Source: Saccostrea cucullata (Eukaryota). Taken from it: DNA of 64,000 nt. The notes beneath the pieces are model-generated. The model searched no databases, was not told where the DNA came from, and was given only the letters and a program-made list of their open reading frames with translations. Shown piece by piece: positions 51,403 through 62,985 of this stretch. The position numbers and the translations under genes were made by a program. Within the stretch, counting starts at the first letter, position 1. Every line of letters begins with the position of its first letter. The DNA lies in the NCBI RefSeq assembly GCF_032062105.1, contig NW_026928590.1, forward strand, positions 186,001 through 250,000, written 5' to 3'.

Positions 51403-54400
51403 TCAATCGTCATTTGATTCACTGGCTTGGGATATAGCTCTCACTTCTTCCGGCTTGTTACATTGCAATCCTTTCTCCCAGTTTGGATCGAAACCACACT
51501 GGCGACATGGCACACGGCTCAATGCATCTGCATTGCTGTGTTGTGTACCTGGTCGGTGTTGTATCTCGAAATTGTATGTACTGAGGATTTCCAACCAACG
51601 TGCCAACTGTCCTTCTGGATTCTTAAATTTGAAAAGCCACCTTAAGGAGCTATGGTCTGTGCGGACTATGAACTTTTTACCATAGAGGTAATGCCTAAAG
51701 TGTTTGACAAAGTGGACCACCGCGAGCAATTCCTTTCGTGTAACGCAGTATCTGCGCTCACACTTTGTCAAAGTCCGACTTGCATAAGCAACAACCCTCT
51801 CTTGACCATCAATCTTTTGAGATAAGACTGCCCCTATAGACACATTACTGGCATCAGTGTCTAAAATGAAGGGATGAGAGAAATCTGGATGCCTTAAGAT
51901 CGGAGTATTGGTCAGCTTATGTCTAAGAGTGTCAAATGCCTCTTGGCATTCTTTAGACCAAACAAAGGCACGACCTTTCTCTGTCAGCGTGTGTAGGCAT
52001 TTTGCAATCCTTGAGAAATCTTTGATGAATCTCCTATAATAGCTGCATAGCCCCAGGAATGAGCGTACCTCAGTGGCATTAGTAGGTACTGGCCATTGTT
52101 TTACTGCAGCTGTTTTGTCTGGGTCAGTCGCTACACCTTCCTCTGACACAACATGTCCCAGGTAAGTCACCTTCTTGGCAAACAAGCAGCATTTCTTGGC
52201 TTTGAGTTTAAGTCCTGCATTTTGCAGTCTGTCAAAAACTCTTCTAAGGTTTGCCAACATTTCCTCAAAGGTTTTGCCTGTCACTATCACGTCGTCCAGG
52301 TAAACAAGACAGATATCCCAGTGAAGGCCGACCAAAACACTTTCCATTAGGCGCTCAAAAGTTGCAGGAGCACAACATAAGCCGAATGGCATGACCTTAA
52401 ACTTGAAAAGTCCACGACGTGTGGCAAAGGCTGTCTTTTGTTTGTCGTCTGACTCCAACTCTACCTGCCAATATCCTGAGCAGAGATCTAGAGTAGAGAA
52501 CCACGAGCTTCCACTCAACTGATCCAGTGACTCGTCTATTCTGGGAAGGGGGTATGCGTCCTTGATTGTACAGCTATTTAACTTGCGGTAATCAATGCAA
52601 AAGCGGAATGTACCGTCCTTCTTTTTGGCTAATACAATAGGCGCTGACCACGGGCTGTTGGATGGCTCGATCACACCTCGTTCCAGCATATCATTCAGCT
52701 GTTTGTCAACCTCCTCTGTAAGATGAGCGGGTACTCTCCTTGGTGGTATTTTGATAGGATGGTTGTCCCCAGTATCAATTCTGTGTTTGACAATACCTGT
52801 GCGCCCAAAATCTTTATCAGATTTTGCAAAAAGATTGGTATATTCATACAAAAATTTGTTAGCTTCCCTTTTCTGTTTCCGTGTCAAGTGGTTCGAAGTT
52901 TTCTTCAGCATGTCAACCAAATCAGGTCTTAACTTCTTAGGTTTGCTTGACGTATTCTTTTCTTGTGACTCCGCCACTCTGACTTCACTGAGTTGTCCAA
53001 TGACCGTACCCGGGTAAATGACTTTGGATTCCTCGCCAACATTGAGCAAACGGACTGGTACCGTCGCTTGTGGTAAGACCAATGTTCTGGCTGTGATGTA
53101 GCCTTCTCTTGGCATGTCAGACACAAATGGTTCTACCAAACATGTATTCCTTAGAACATGTTTGCAGTCCTTCAAGACTTGTCCCTGCGTGATGATCTCA
53201 CTTCTAGGAGGAATGCTGACTATCTTTGTTGCGGTTATTCTGTTGCAGCCTATGTAACCCTCAACAAACATTGGTATTATCTTATCTCTTATGTGAAGCA
53301 CCTTTTGACTCATGTCCACCGTGCATGCATTAGACAGCAGAAAATCAAGCCCCAGTATTCCATCTGCCTGGATCTCCGCAATGACAGTAGTCGTATGCGT
53401 TACCATACCCTCAATATTAAGTGTTAAGTCCGCCTTACCCTTGACAGACAGCTCACTTCCATTGGCTGCTAAGATACTCTGGTTAACCTTCTGCAGCTTT
53501 GGCCTTATGTTCTCTGCAATTTTCTCGTACATTGCTGAGGACAACAATGTCAGTGTTGCCCCTGTGTCAACCAGGAATTTAGCTTGGGCACCTTGCACAG
53601 AGATATCTATGTACATGCCTGCTTCATCCAGGGAAGATCCAACACCAATTGATCCACTAGGACAGGCTGACGTCTGTTTACTTCGTACTGGCCTGCCTAA
53701 TCCCTTTTTGTCTTTGGAATCCTTGTGTTCACTTTCACAAGGTCGTTTCTTTAGCTTTGGGCAGTTGCGCTTTATGTGGCCTTCCTTGTTACATTCATAA
53801 CAACGCAATGGTTTGCCTCTTGCTTGTTTGTCATTAGCTCTATTGACTGACCGTTTCAGCTTTAGTTTGTGAATCTCGTTGGTTAAGGTACTCATGTTAG
53901 CCTCCATGGACTTCATCCATGTTTCAAGACTGGTCTGGCTAACCTCTGAAGATGAGTGTTCTGCTGTCGATACTCGTAAATGGCCTTTTCCTTCAAGGTT
54001 TCTGCTCTCTGCACGATTATAAGTCTCGAGTTCGACGGCTAGCCGGATGGCTTCATTCAGGTTATGAGGACGAGATTGTTTGATGCGGATCCTCATTTCT
54101 GAATCTACCAAGGCATCTATGAACGCATCTTTGGCCAGAGTTTCTCGTACATCACCAGGTGCTGATGCGTAGGCCAAATTGGTTAGTCGTCTAATGGCCT
54201 GACCTAACTCTGGTATGGACTCAGATGCTCTTTGTCTTCGCTCTTTTAGCTGAACACGATACAGATCTGTTTGGTTAGGAGGGGAGAACCTCTCCTCAAG
54301 GGATCTGACCAGTGTATTATAGTGCTGACCAGTATCGCTTGGCAAGTCACCTAACACTGACTGTGCTTGGCCACGCAGTGATACAGCTAGGTAAAGACCC

Positions 54401-54843
54401 TTCTTATCCTCTGTCCAGCCGTTAACAACAGCACAAGCCTCAAAATGTGACTTGTAGTCAAGCCAGGAACTGGTTCCGTCATACGTGGCTGACTTGATTA
54501 TATGGCCTGTCTTGGCATTGTCCGTCCCTATTGCCTGTCTCCGTGGTTTTGGCGTGTCAAACAGATGGCCCGTCACAATGTCGTCAACCCCAGCATGTGG
54601 TGTAAAGCTTGGTTTGCCTTCGTCTGGAAATCTAACTTTAGGCCGTGCGCCGTACTCGTCAAATGACACATCTCCTGACATATCGGCCGGTTGATAATCA
54701 GTACTGCGTGTCGCATATCCAGACTCTTGGCTTGCCGCATTTGTCTGACCATCGTTGCTGGTTGGCGTTCTCATCCTTTCTAAGAGCCTCTCCATCCGCT
54801 CGATAGTTTCTGACACTTTCTTATGTGAATCCATGGTCAACAA
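51403..54843 (-). CDS. pol: Gypsy gag-pol polyprotein (gag, CCHC knuckle, protease, RT, RNase H), truncated by a frameshift
   Basis: CYECNKEGHIKRNC; LVDTGA; LDLCSGYWQV, MPFGL, YLDD; DTDAS...ELLA...TDH. Confidence 0.95.
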   Translation of the reverse strand: MLTMDSHKKVSETIERMERLLERMRTPTSNDGQTNAASQESGYATRSTDYQPADMSGDVSFDEYGARPKVRFPDEGKPSFTPHAGVDDIVTGHLFDTPKPRRQAIGTDNAKTGHIIKSATYDGTSSWLDYKSHFEACAVVNGWTEDKKGLYLAVSLRGQAQSVLGDLPSDTGQHYNTLVRSLEERFSPPNQTDLYRVQLKERRQRASESIPELGQAIRRLTNLAYASAPGDVRETLAKDAFIDALVDSEMRIRIKQSRPHNLNEAIRLAVELETYNRAESRNLEGKGHLRVSTAEHSSSEVSQTSLETWMKSMEANMSTLTNEIHKLKLKRSVNRANDKQARGKPLRCYECNKEGHIKRNCPKLKKRPCESEHKDSKDKKGLGRPVRSKQTSACPSGSIGVGSSLDEAGMYIDISVQGAQAKFLVDTGATLTLLSSAMYEKIAENIRPKLQKVNQSILAANGSELSVKGKADLTLNIEGMVTHTTTVIAEIQADGILGLDFLLSNACTVDMSQKVLHIRDKIIPMFVEGYIGCNRITATKIVSIPPRSEIITQGQVLKDCKHVLRNTCLVEPFVSDMPREGYITARTLVLPQATVPVRLLNVGEESKVIYPGTVIGQLSEVRVAESQEKNTSSKPKKLRPDLVDMLKKTSNHLTRKQKREANKFLYEYTNLFAKSDKDFGRTGIVKHRIDTGDNHPIKIPPRRVPAHLTEEVDKQLNDMLERGVIEPSNSPWSAPIVLAKKKDGTFRFCIDYRKLNSCTIKDAYPLPRIDESLDQLSGSSWFSTLDLCSGYWQVELESDDKQKTAFATRRGLFKFKVMPFGLCCAPATFERLMESVLVGLHWDICLVYLDDVIVTGKTFEEMLANLRRVFDRLQNAGLKLKAKKCCLFAKKVTYLGHVVSEEGVATDPDKTAAVKQWPVPTNATEVRSFLGLCSYYRRFIKDFSRIAKCLHTLTEKGRAFVWSKECQEAFDTLRHKLTNTPILRHPDFSHPFILDTDASNVSIGAVLSQKIDGQERVVAYASRTLTKCERRYCVTRKELLAVVHFVKHFRHYLYGKKFIVRTDHSSLRWLFKFKNPEGQLARWLEILSTYNFEIQHRPGTQHSNADALSRVPCRQCGFDPNWEKGLQCNKPEEVRAISQASESNDD

Positions 54844-54862
54844 AATCCCACCGCTGCCACCA
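54844..54862 (-). promoter_or_regulatory. Primer-binding site complementary to the tRNA-Leu 3' end
   Basis: Minus strand TGGTGGCAGCGGTGGGATT, 5 nt from the 5' LTR; plus strand reads AATCCCACCGCTGCCACCA. Confidence 0.85.
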
Positions 54863-54867
54863 AATCA

Positions 54868-55489
54868 TGTAACGTGCAACGTGGCCGAGCTTGGTTGTTT
54901 GGTGATATGTCTTGTATCACCGAGGCGTTACACTCTGGTTCGTTAACCTGTTAACTCAGGTTTTTGTTGACCAAATAAAATTACAATCAAATATATACAA
55001 ATACAATACAAATATAAACGGTTTCCTCTTGATTGGACAACCACTAACTGTGGTCAACGGGTGTCTCCCGTAAGTAGATTTCTTCGGTCCTGCCACTTCT
55101 CCCTGTACTGACTCCTGGCACTTCCCCCACTTCTCACTGTGGTATGCCACCTCTCTCAATCTATACTACCAAGTGACTGCCTTATTCAGGTCTTACGCTT
55201 TTGGGTAGTCTACAACACTTAGATGTCTATCCCCCGCAACTGTCTGCCTTATTCAGGTCTTATGACCGTGTGTAAGAGGAGAAACAAGCTAAGGTTTCAC
55301 AACTCCGTCACCCGAGAGGTCTCAAAGGTCCTGCAATACAATCAGTATTATTCCAATGCAGTCTCCGTATAGTAGCAGATTCATACTACTTGTATGATTG
55401 TAAAATTAATATTTTTTAGTGTTTAAGAATTAAGTGGAAACGTAGGTCTAACGTTTATACGAAACTAAACCTCACCCATTTCCGTTTCA
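54868..55489 (-). repeat. 5' LTR
   Basis: Direct repeat of 49205-49826; 3 substitutions seen by eye. Confidence 0.97.
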
Positions 55490-58400
55490 CATGTATATAG
55501 AAAATTTCAATTAGATATATGTTCAAAATTTTAAATTTTATGTTATGTGTGATATCGCTTGAAGACTCAGTACATATTTGAGTTTGAGTTAAAAACGCTT
55601 TATCCACGATTTTAGCGGCCAATCTTCGTATACTCGGTTCAACAAAATATTAATGTTCAAATCTTAACTAAATATTGGAATTATAGACTGAAGAATAAAA
55701 AATATATAACTTTGTATAAAAAGTGGTATTTTCTTCGTAAACATTAATTTATACTTTGATCAATATATTTTATAGATACTTCTTTCGGAGTTCGCACTAT
55801 ATCAAAGAAAGTAAATCTGCCTTTATCTGAGGAGATTACTATTACCTCACCAGGATATCCACGGAATAACTACGAAAGCAACACAACTTATACATGGATA
55901 GTGACAGCACCTGACGTAACAGAGGAGATAAATATCAGGATAGTATTGAATGTTCACCAAACTGCAGGATATGCATGTTATGACTACTTGAAGGTTTTTA
56001 CAATCAATAATATATGTTAGGTCTAAATTATAACCTTTAAAATGAAAATCAATCCGACATACTAAGTAATTATACCAGACAGGGTTTTTCTATTGGTTTA
56101 TGTTGGTTCTTTCATAATAAAAATACCTTAGTATTTTTTTCTAGAGAAAATATATGTATAAAGTATTTATCTTGCAATGTCTCATATTGAAGCGATAAAA
56201 ATAATATAAATTAATATCTCTTAAGCAAAAAAAATGTAAATTGTGTCCCTGTTGTAATGTAAAGTTGAAAAACGCTTTTTACTAGATAGAGGAAATCACA
56301 AACAATAACTTCATGCTCTTTAAACAATGTGGGAGACGAACAACAAATAGAATAGCAAGAGGAAACAAACTAATGATCATTCTCTGTACTCGAATTTCGA
56401 CATATTTACGGGTAAAGGTTTTCGGCTACGTCTTAAAGGTAAGTATCTTAATCATTCTTGTCAATTTCTCTGTATTTAATAAGCTTTTCTCCTATCTGAT
56501 ATTTTAATGAAAATACTTGGAAAATCATTTTTAGGCACCAAAATAACATAACCTAAATGTTATAATGCACGCACATTCTACAGATAATCTCATGTCAAGA
56601 ATAAATGAAACATTTGAACCAATTGTTTTCTATTTAAATATGATTTGAAAACATACTTACTAGTTGTATGTCATTTATTTTTTGTATATGTGTTACATGA
56701 TATCTCCAGTCTTTTGGCCCCCTATCTGTAGATTTGTGTGAAAAATATATTCTAATATGTATCATTATTCATAATTATAATTTTCATTTGTTAAGCGGTC
56801 TCTGATTTGTAATTTTTTGTCAGTGATAAGAAATTAAGAAATTTAACTACATAGTTCCCTTTAGCGTTATTTTTCTTTTCAAGTTTTGTTCATATTCTTT
56901 ATTTAATAGCAGTCTCGAAGATTTCAAAAAGACCGACAACTTTAGCAACAACATTACGATTGTCAAAGATAATAACGACAGCTGCAGTGATAAAAACGTC
57001 ATGGACAACATCAACTAAAACATTATTTCCTCAAAACTCCAAAACCTGGAAAAAAACAATTCCAAAAAGAAAATTCAACAAAATCCCCTTCAACAAAAGA
57101 AATTACAACAAGAAAACAAACAAAACCAACTTTTGCAGAATCGACAGCTGCTCAACTAACAACATTAACAGAGATTACGACTGAAGTTTTGAGTTCTTCA
57201 CTAGTAATATGGGACAGTTCAATGCTACCACTGTCTTCTACAATAGAGAATGTAGGAACCTCAAAAACGACAATTGATGATATAACTACAGGTAAGAAAG
57301 AGACGAAGAGGACATCAGTATAATAATATTAACAACTAATTTTACAATCCTAATCTGATCAGATTAATAAAATACATACTAGGGCTCCTTTAAATTAATG
57401 CTTGTTTTCTGACTTAAAAAAATTGCATCGGAGCTACAGGTAAGTGGGTTTCTTTTCCTAAAAACATACATACCAAAGAAATGAGATATTTTTGGTGCAA
57501 TTTTTTTTTAATAAAGCGACATTCGAAGAGGGCTGTAATTAAAATGATAAAAGGGTTTTAAATTTATCGATTTTGCTTAATTTCATTAAATTAACTTAAA
57601 TACATGTATGGTTATAGTATGGTATGTTTTGATAAGACATAATAAACAATGGTTTTTTTTCTTTGTCTTCCCAAGAACAAAATTATGAATTGCTTATCTT
57701 TAAAATCATCATAAAAGATCAAATTAAAAAAAAATTAATCTAAAAATGTGAAATCAAATTAATTGCAGATTGTGTAACGTCACTCTCGAGAAGTTTTCAC
57801 GCATACCGTTTAAGGGCCCCTAAAACATTAGATAAAGAAGTATGAAAGATGAATTTCATAAATCCGGTACACAAAACACAAATCGTGAGAATTTGCAAAA
57901 TCACGGACCGTTGAAAAAATCAGAGATGGGATCAGGTGCTTTGGAGGAGTATTAAGCATCGCCTGTTAACCAGTTATTAACCATTTAACCAGTTAATTTA
58001 AATCGTCCTTACAGTGCGTTGCCCAATCAAGGAATGCCGCAAACGATTCGGACCCCTGAAAAATCCCCGGGGAATCAAATATTCAAAGACCAATTAAAAG
58101 CGCGCATTCCGAGGTATGCAGAATGATGCAGAGTAAACTGCAGATAAAATTTACTCGCACTGAGTCATGTTTCATTTCCGATAATAGATTACGCGTAAAC
58201 TCTAGATGCTTGGGTTGAATAACAATATGACAAATACAAAATAAAATACTTATATCTAAACTTGTTGTCCTAAACTATTTCATTTTCCCATAAAATTAAT
58301 TATTAGACAAAATATGACTTAAGGATAGGCTGTATTCAAAAACAGGGTCGTAAAATCTTCCTTAGAATTTAAGAGAAGCTGAGTTTAAGGTATTACACAA

Positions 58401-61148
58401 TATATAGATAATTTTTCTTCAAATTCTTTCATATTTTGTTATAAGATACTTCTCTACTTATGCCTCTTCATAATATGAAAAAAAATATAACCGCGCGTTT
58501 TTGCCCCAAAATTTAAATTGATGAAGAAAAAAATTGGATAAGCGTATATTTAACATTTTAATTTTATTGAACCCATGGCAAACGAGAATAAACTTTCCGA
58601 AAATCTTTAGAGCTATATATTGAGAAGACATTTTAGGTTTTACTTAATGCATGTACTACTTTATTTTAGGAAATTGTATAATTGAAAAACTCGATTTTAT
58701 TTTTGGATAAGCAAAGCACTCGATATTTCTTTCATAGAGGGGAGTTTTCAAACATTTTATTTACAAAGGCGATAAACATTTTTGACTTGGCTTACAGACT
58801 CGCAACATATGATAGATTACGAAATAACAAATTCATCAAACATAACACTGAATGCCGTAACATCAACAGAAACCACAACATTTATTTTCAAACTAGAAAT
58901 GGGTTTGAAAATGAAAATCCTTTACTATTTTTCTATGTTTCAGAATAAATAAAATGCATATATATACCTTTTTTTTCTTTGTGTTCTTTATACTTGCATA
59001 TATCTTAATTTGCTGATATTACTCATCAATTGAAAAAAATAATAATACCGATTCTGATAAAAAAGAAAAATTGCATTCTTCATCGTTGGTGTTTACAATT
59101 GTTTTAAATTGTTAAAATAAAGCTATGTAAGAATTGTTATAATACCCGCTCTTAGTCCAAGTCGGATATAAAGCCGTTACCCTTGTCCGTCTGATGGTCT
59201 ATCTGTCGCACTTTCTTCTTCATCTAACTATTCGAATATTTTAAACAGAATTCAATTAATCTAATAAATTATGATAAATGGTTTCCTGTAGATGTGCGAT
59301 AATGTTTTGATTTCATTTTCACCCTATGGGGTAATGGATCTGAACAATTACTTGCATACTTGTAATGAAGAAAAATCTTTCGTCCCCGGCACTGAGGTAT
59401 GCTTGTTTTACTATATTTTCCCTGATTACAAAACTTTGACCACCTTGTGTGGCCCCAACCTACCCCGAAATGTCATGCTTTGGACAAAGTTGAATCTACA
59501 CAAAGTAAAGAAGTATCAGATTATTTCAAAATTTTCTGTTGTATCAAGTTAAATTTGTGCTTTGCAAAAATAAGACATTGCAACTATGTATGTTTTAAAT
59601 GTGCTTAATGAGAACTGTTTCAATGAAATATAGGCTACAAATGAATGAATTCGTTAGATTTGATGGTCAACTTTGATTACACTTGTACACTTGGCAGAAA
59701 TTGTCGAACTGCTGCAATGCTGTCATAATTTTTACGTGTTTAAAGACAGGAAGTGGTTTAACAGTTCTTGGGTCAATGTTATAGTTAAATCTGAGGATTG
59801 ATGCTGGACTGCTGTAGGTAGTTGTATGGCATATGAAAAGACTTGTCTGAATCTGTGCCACTGAAGACGAGTAAGAGAAGCAGCTATAAAATTATTCCCT
59901 CTTCTAATATGCCGACCTTTAAATTGAATGCATGAGGACCTTCAAGACCAAAACCCTTAACAGATACATAGCTCTGTGTGATTTCGATATTTTAATGTTT
60001 AAAATGGTGACAAAGGTACTATTGTTAGAATGTAAAATATTTCGCTTTCTCTCAACTCATCTCCCAAAATACTATGCAGACAAGGTAATTGCTTGAGTAC
60101 CGATTACAAAAACGTAATGCCTTTAAATATTTTAGTCCCTCGCCATGATTTTGGCCATGTCAAAAAAGCCAAATGAGTTTCACAAATACCCCGACACCCT
60201 ATTTCATATGAACCAACGCTATGTGTATGCAACTCTAGTTAAAACTAGCTGGTCTAGTATACTTTCTTATATAATGTAATATAATTCCTATATAACGACT
60301 GAAAGTTTCTAGTAACATTTACTAATCTGTTAGTTTTCTGGTAGTAAAGTAACAGTCACTGTGACTGTATTAATAAAACCTAAAAATACCAATTTATTGT
60401 AGGACTTGTCTGGTGGAATTAGTGGACTACATGATCAAATTGAATCTTGTTTTATTTATGGTTTATAAATGGACTCAAACTTTACGAATGAGCATGTCTC
60501 ACAGTTAATCCGAATGGCATACACTTGTCAATATGAATATTTTTGTTAATTTTGTACCCCTTCAACTTAAAATCAGAGGTGTAGGCTGGTAGCTATAGGA
60601 TAGCATTTTTAATGTCTAAAAGAACAATGAAAGTTCCTAAGCCTAACCGTTCCAACATACTCAAAGTTTCAGCAAATAATTTGTATTTAACTAAATAATA
60701 GTGGGGATCAATGAAGTCATTCACTCTATCACCAAACAGGTCGACAAATGCTTAATAAAACGAAAAGAACCATCTTTTGTTAAGTTCCAAACCTATATCG
60801 GGGTACAGTCTAAAGTTGAAAATGGAAAACAGAAAAATAAACCAACAACCCGGCTTAAATTTATTTCTTAGTTGCTAACGGTATGGCTTCTATAGTAAAT
60901 AAATTCTTAGACTTAAAATTTTACAGTTGTATGGCTGTCTAGAACCTTAGTAATATATTAAAATCAAAGTGAAACCCTTGCGATAATCATGCGCATTTAC
61001 TGTGTCTGGAAAATTAGTTCAAAATTCTGATAAAACTTAAGTCGTGATGGGACTGTATGCAATAGTACAACAAAGGTACGAAAACATTGAAATAAACCAA
61101 ATATGTTTGGTTTATATTTTGGAAGTTGTTGTCGATGTAAAATATAAG

Positions 61149-61472
61149 AATCGACAAAGAAACTGGAGGAAAGTCTGAAAGCAATACATAACCAAGAAAC
61201 CATTCTTTCCAAAACAAAAGCTCGAGTAAAAACGAGTTCGAGTAAAGTAAAAAAAAAAATAACAAAAACATCTTTAACACTAGAATTTACAACAATAAAA
61301 AAATATATCAACCAATGTTAGTTATACAGCTTCTCAATCAACAGCATCAAAAGAAATTTGAATGAAATTTTGAATTCTGCATGAACAACTTTGTACAGTT
61401 GACCGAAATTAATACTCTCAACAGCAACGATAGACAAAACATCAGAAACGGCACCTGTTACAATAACTACAG
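61149..61472 (+). pseudogene. Orphan mucin-stalk pseudo-exon of the receptor family
   Basis: gaaattttgaattctgc and gcacctgttacaataactacag|GTAAG match the other stalk exons; stops and frameshifts. Confidence 0.6.
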
Positions 61473-62694
61473 GTAAGAAAGAAAGAGAGCGAGCATAAGT
61501 AAAACAAACTAATTGCACAATCTTAATTGATCAAATCCTTAGATAATATATACGATATATTCCTAAACAACATGTTCCCTTCCATACATTTCAACAATAC
61601 ATGTACCATAGTGTTCACAACAGGTGTGTACGGTCAACAGAGGGTGCTTACTCGTAGACGCCGGGTACCACCTTCGAAATTTCTAGGATTTCGTGTTTAT
61701 GTCCTTAAAAAGTTCACAAATATGTTTGTGATTTATACTGCAAATTTTTTTGATAAAGTTCCATCGTATAAGTACCTTAGTTAACTCAACTTCGACGTAT
61801 TTGAATAGATATCAGACAATGCAGGCTATAATTTTATTGCAGATTATGAAAAATTAATTCTAATTAAGTTGAGGCATATGGGTGTAAAGATAATTTGGAC
61901 AAAATATTTTTTGGATGTATAAATCAAGTACATATACAGTTGTATATGAACTCCTTATTTTCATAGATTTCAGAGCAATTTCAAAATGATCTTAATTCAT
62001 AAGTGTAAAAGGAGAAGATGACAACATTGATCAGTCTAATAAATCAAGTAAAAATTCGAATCATAAATAGGACAAAAACAGAGAACCCTGAAAACATCAG
62101 AGATTGTTCCAGCTTTGTTTTTGGAAATGTTACCCAAAATAAACATCCATCCCTGATACAGATTGTTACGACAAAAATTGTTTCATGGCAAAAAAAACCT
62201 ATACATATATTTTGCAATTTGCAGCACATTTATATAACTCAACTCTATTTTCGTTGCATTTTTTCCTTGTAAACAATGATATACATGCTAAATCATGTAC
62301 AGTGATAAACATTTTTGTATATGAAATTTTGTTAAGAATAAGCATAGGTTATTTTCTAAGAGGAAATGCTTAAGCTTGAAAATGTTTCAAAATATTGAAG
62401 TCGCTCACCTGGTGCAGTGGTGAAAGCATTTGCAATAGAGTCAGGAAGTATGGTTAAAATCCCGCAGCAGACCAGTCCTTCTGATAATATCATAAAAAAA
62501 ATGATATTCCGGATCACAGAAGTAGCAGACACACAAGATTCCTCGCTTTTCAATGATATACCGGGTACCGATTAAAGGTGTAAAATATGAACCCTTTAAC
62601 CGGCAAATAATGACGTGTAACAAAACATTTTGAAAATTTACGCATTTTCATTTTTTTTTTTTTTTTTTTTTTGTTAAATTTGGGAACACATTAA

Positions 62695-62864
62695 GGACCC
62701 TCTCTACACAAGTGCAACAATTTTTTAAGGACATTGAGAAAAAAATTATTGTATAAAGGAGTTAATATTGAGTTTTTTTTTTAATTTTCACAGTGTGGTG
62801 CGTTGGTGCTGCTGAAAAATACCTTAGAATCAGAACTCTTTAGTGTGCAGTGTAGAGAGGGTTC
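62695..62864. mobile_element. Kolobok-type MITE with TTAA target duplication
   Basis: TTAA|GGACCCTCTCTACAC ... GTGTAGAGAGGGTTC|TTAA. Confidence 0.75.
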
Positions 62865-62985
62865 TTAAAACACTTTGAAAAAAAACATTTCTTTTATATT
62901 TCTTTTATATAAATATCGACGATAAAAACGCACTTTGAAAAAAATATTAGTATGGCTGAGTCCTTTTTTTTTTGCAAATTTTAGG

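Larger units (their letters stand above)
49205..55489 (-). mobile_element. Full-length Ty3/Gypsy LTR retrotransposon
   Basis: Two 622-bp LTRs (TG...CA), CATG TSD at 49201-49204 and 55490-55493, PBS, PPT, gag-PR-RT-RH-IN order. Confidence 0.97.
49096..55628. mobile_element. Degenerate mariner-like MITE (~244 bp) split by the Gypsy insertion
   Basis: TA|CGAGGGCTGTCCGGTGAAATCGAGGA vs reverse complement of right end TA|CGAAGATTGGCCGCTAAAATCGTGGA (21/28 match). Confidence 0.55.
48090..58902 (+). pseudogene. CUB-domain mucin-stalk receptor copy 2: exons 48090-48141 (signal), 55776-55993 and 56286-56438 (CUB), 56913-57291 (stalk), 58798-58902; frameshifted, TM exon absent
   Basis: MFTVKLFCVSVVATYCF joins in phase to NTSFG...ITSPGYPRNNYESNTTYTWIVTAP...CYDYLK; then FKQCG...GNKLMI/LYSNFDIFTGKGFRLRLK with a frameshift at ~56380; stalk exon 379 nt (net +1). 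Confidence 0.75.

Noticed and set aside
54844-54862. tRNA-Leu gene
   Set aside because: Only the 3'-terminal ~19 nt including CCA; this is the retrotransposon PBS
50016-54946. Plus-strand ORFs overlapping gag-pol
   Set aside because: Antisense shadows of the pol frame
59667-59861. Minus-strand 64-aa exon-like ORF
   Set aside because: No recognisable domain or partner exons
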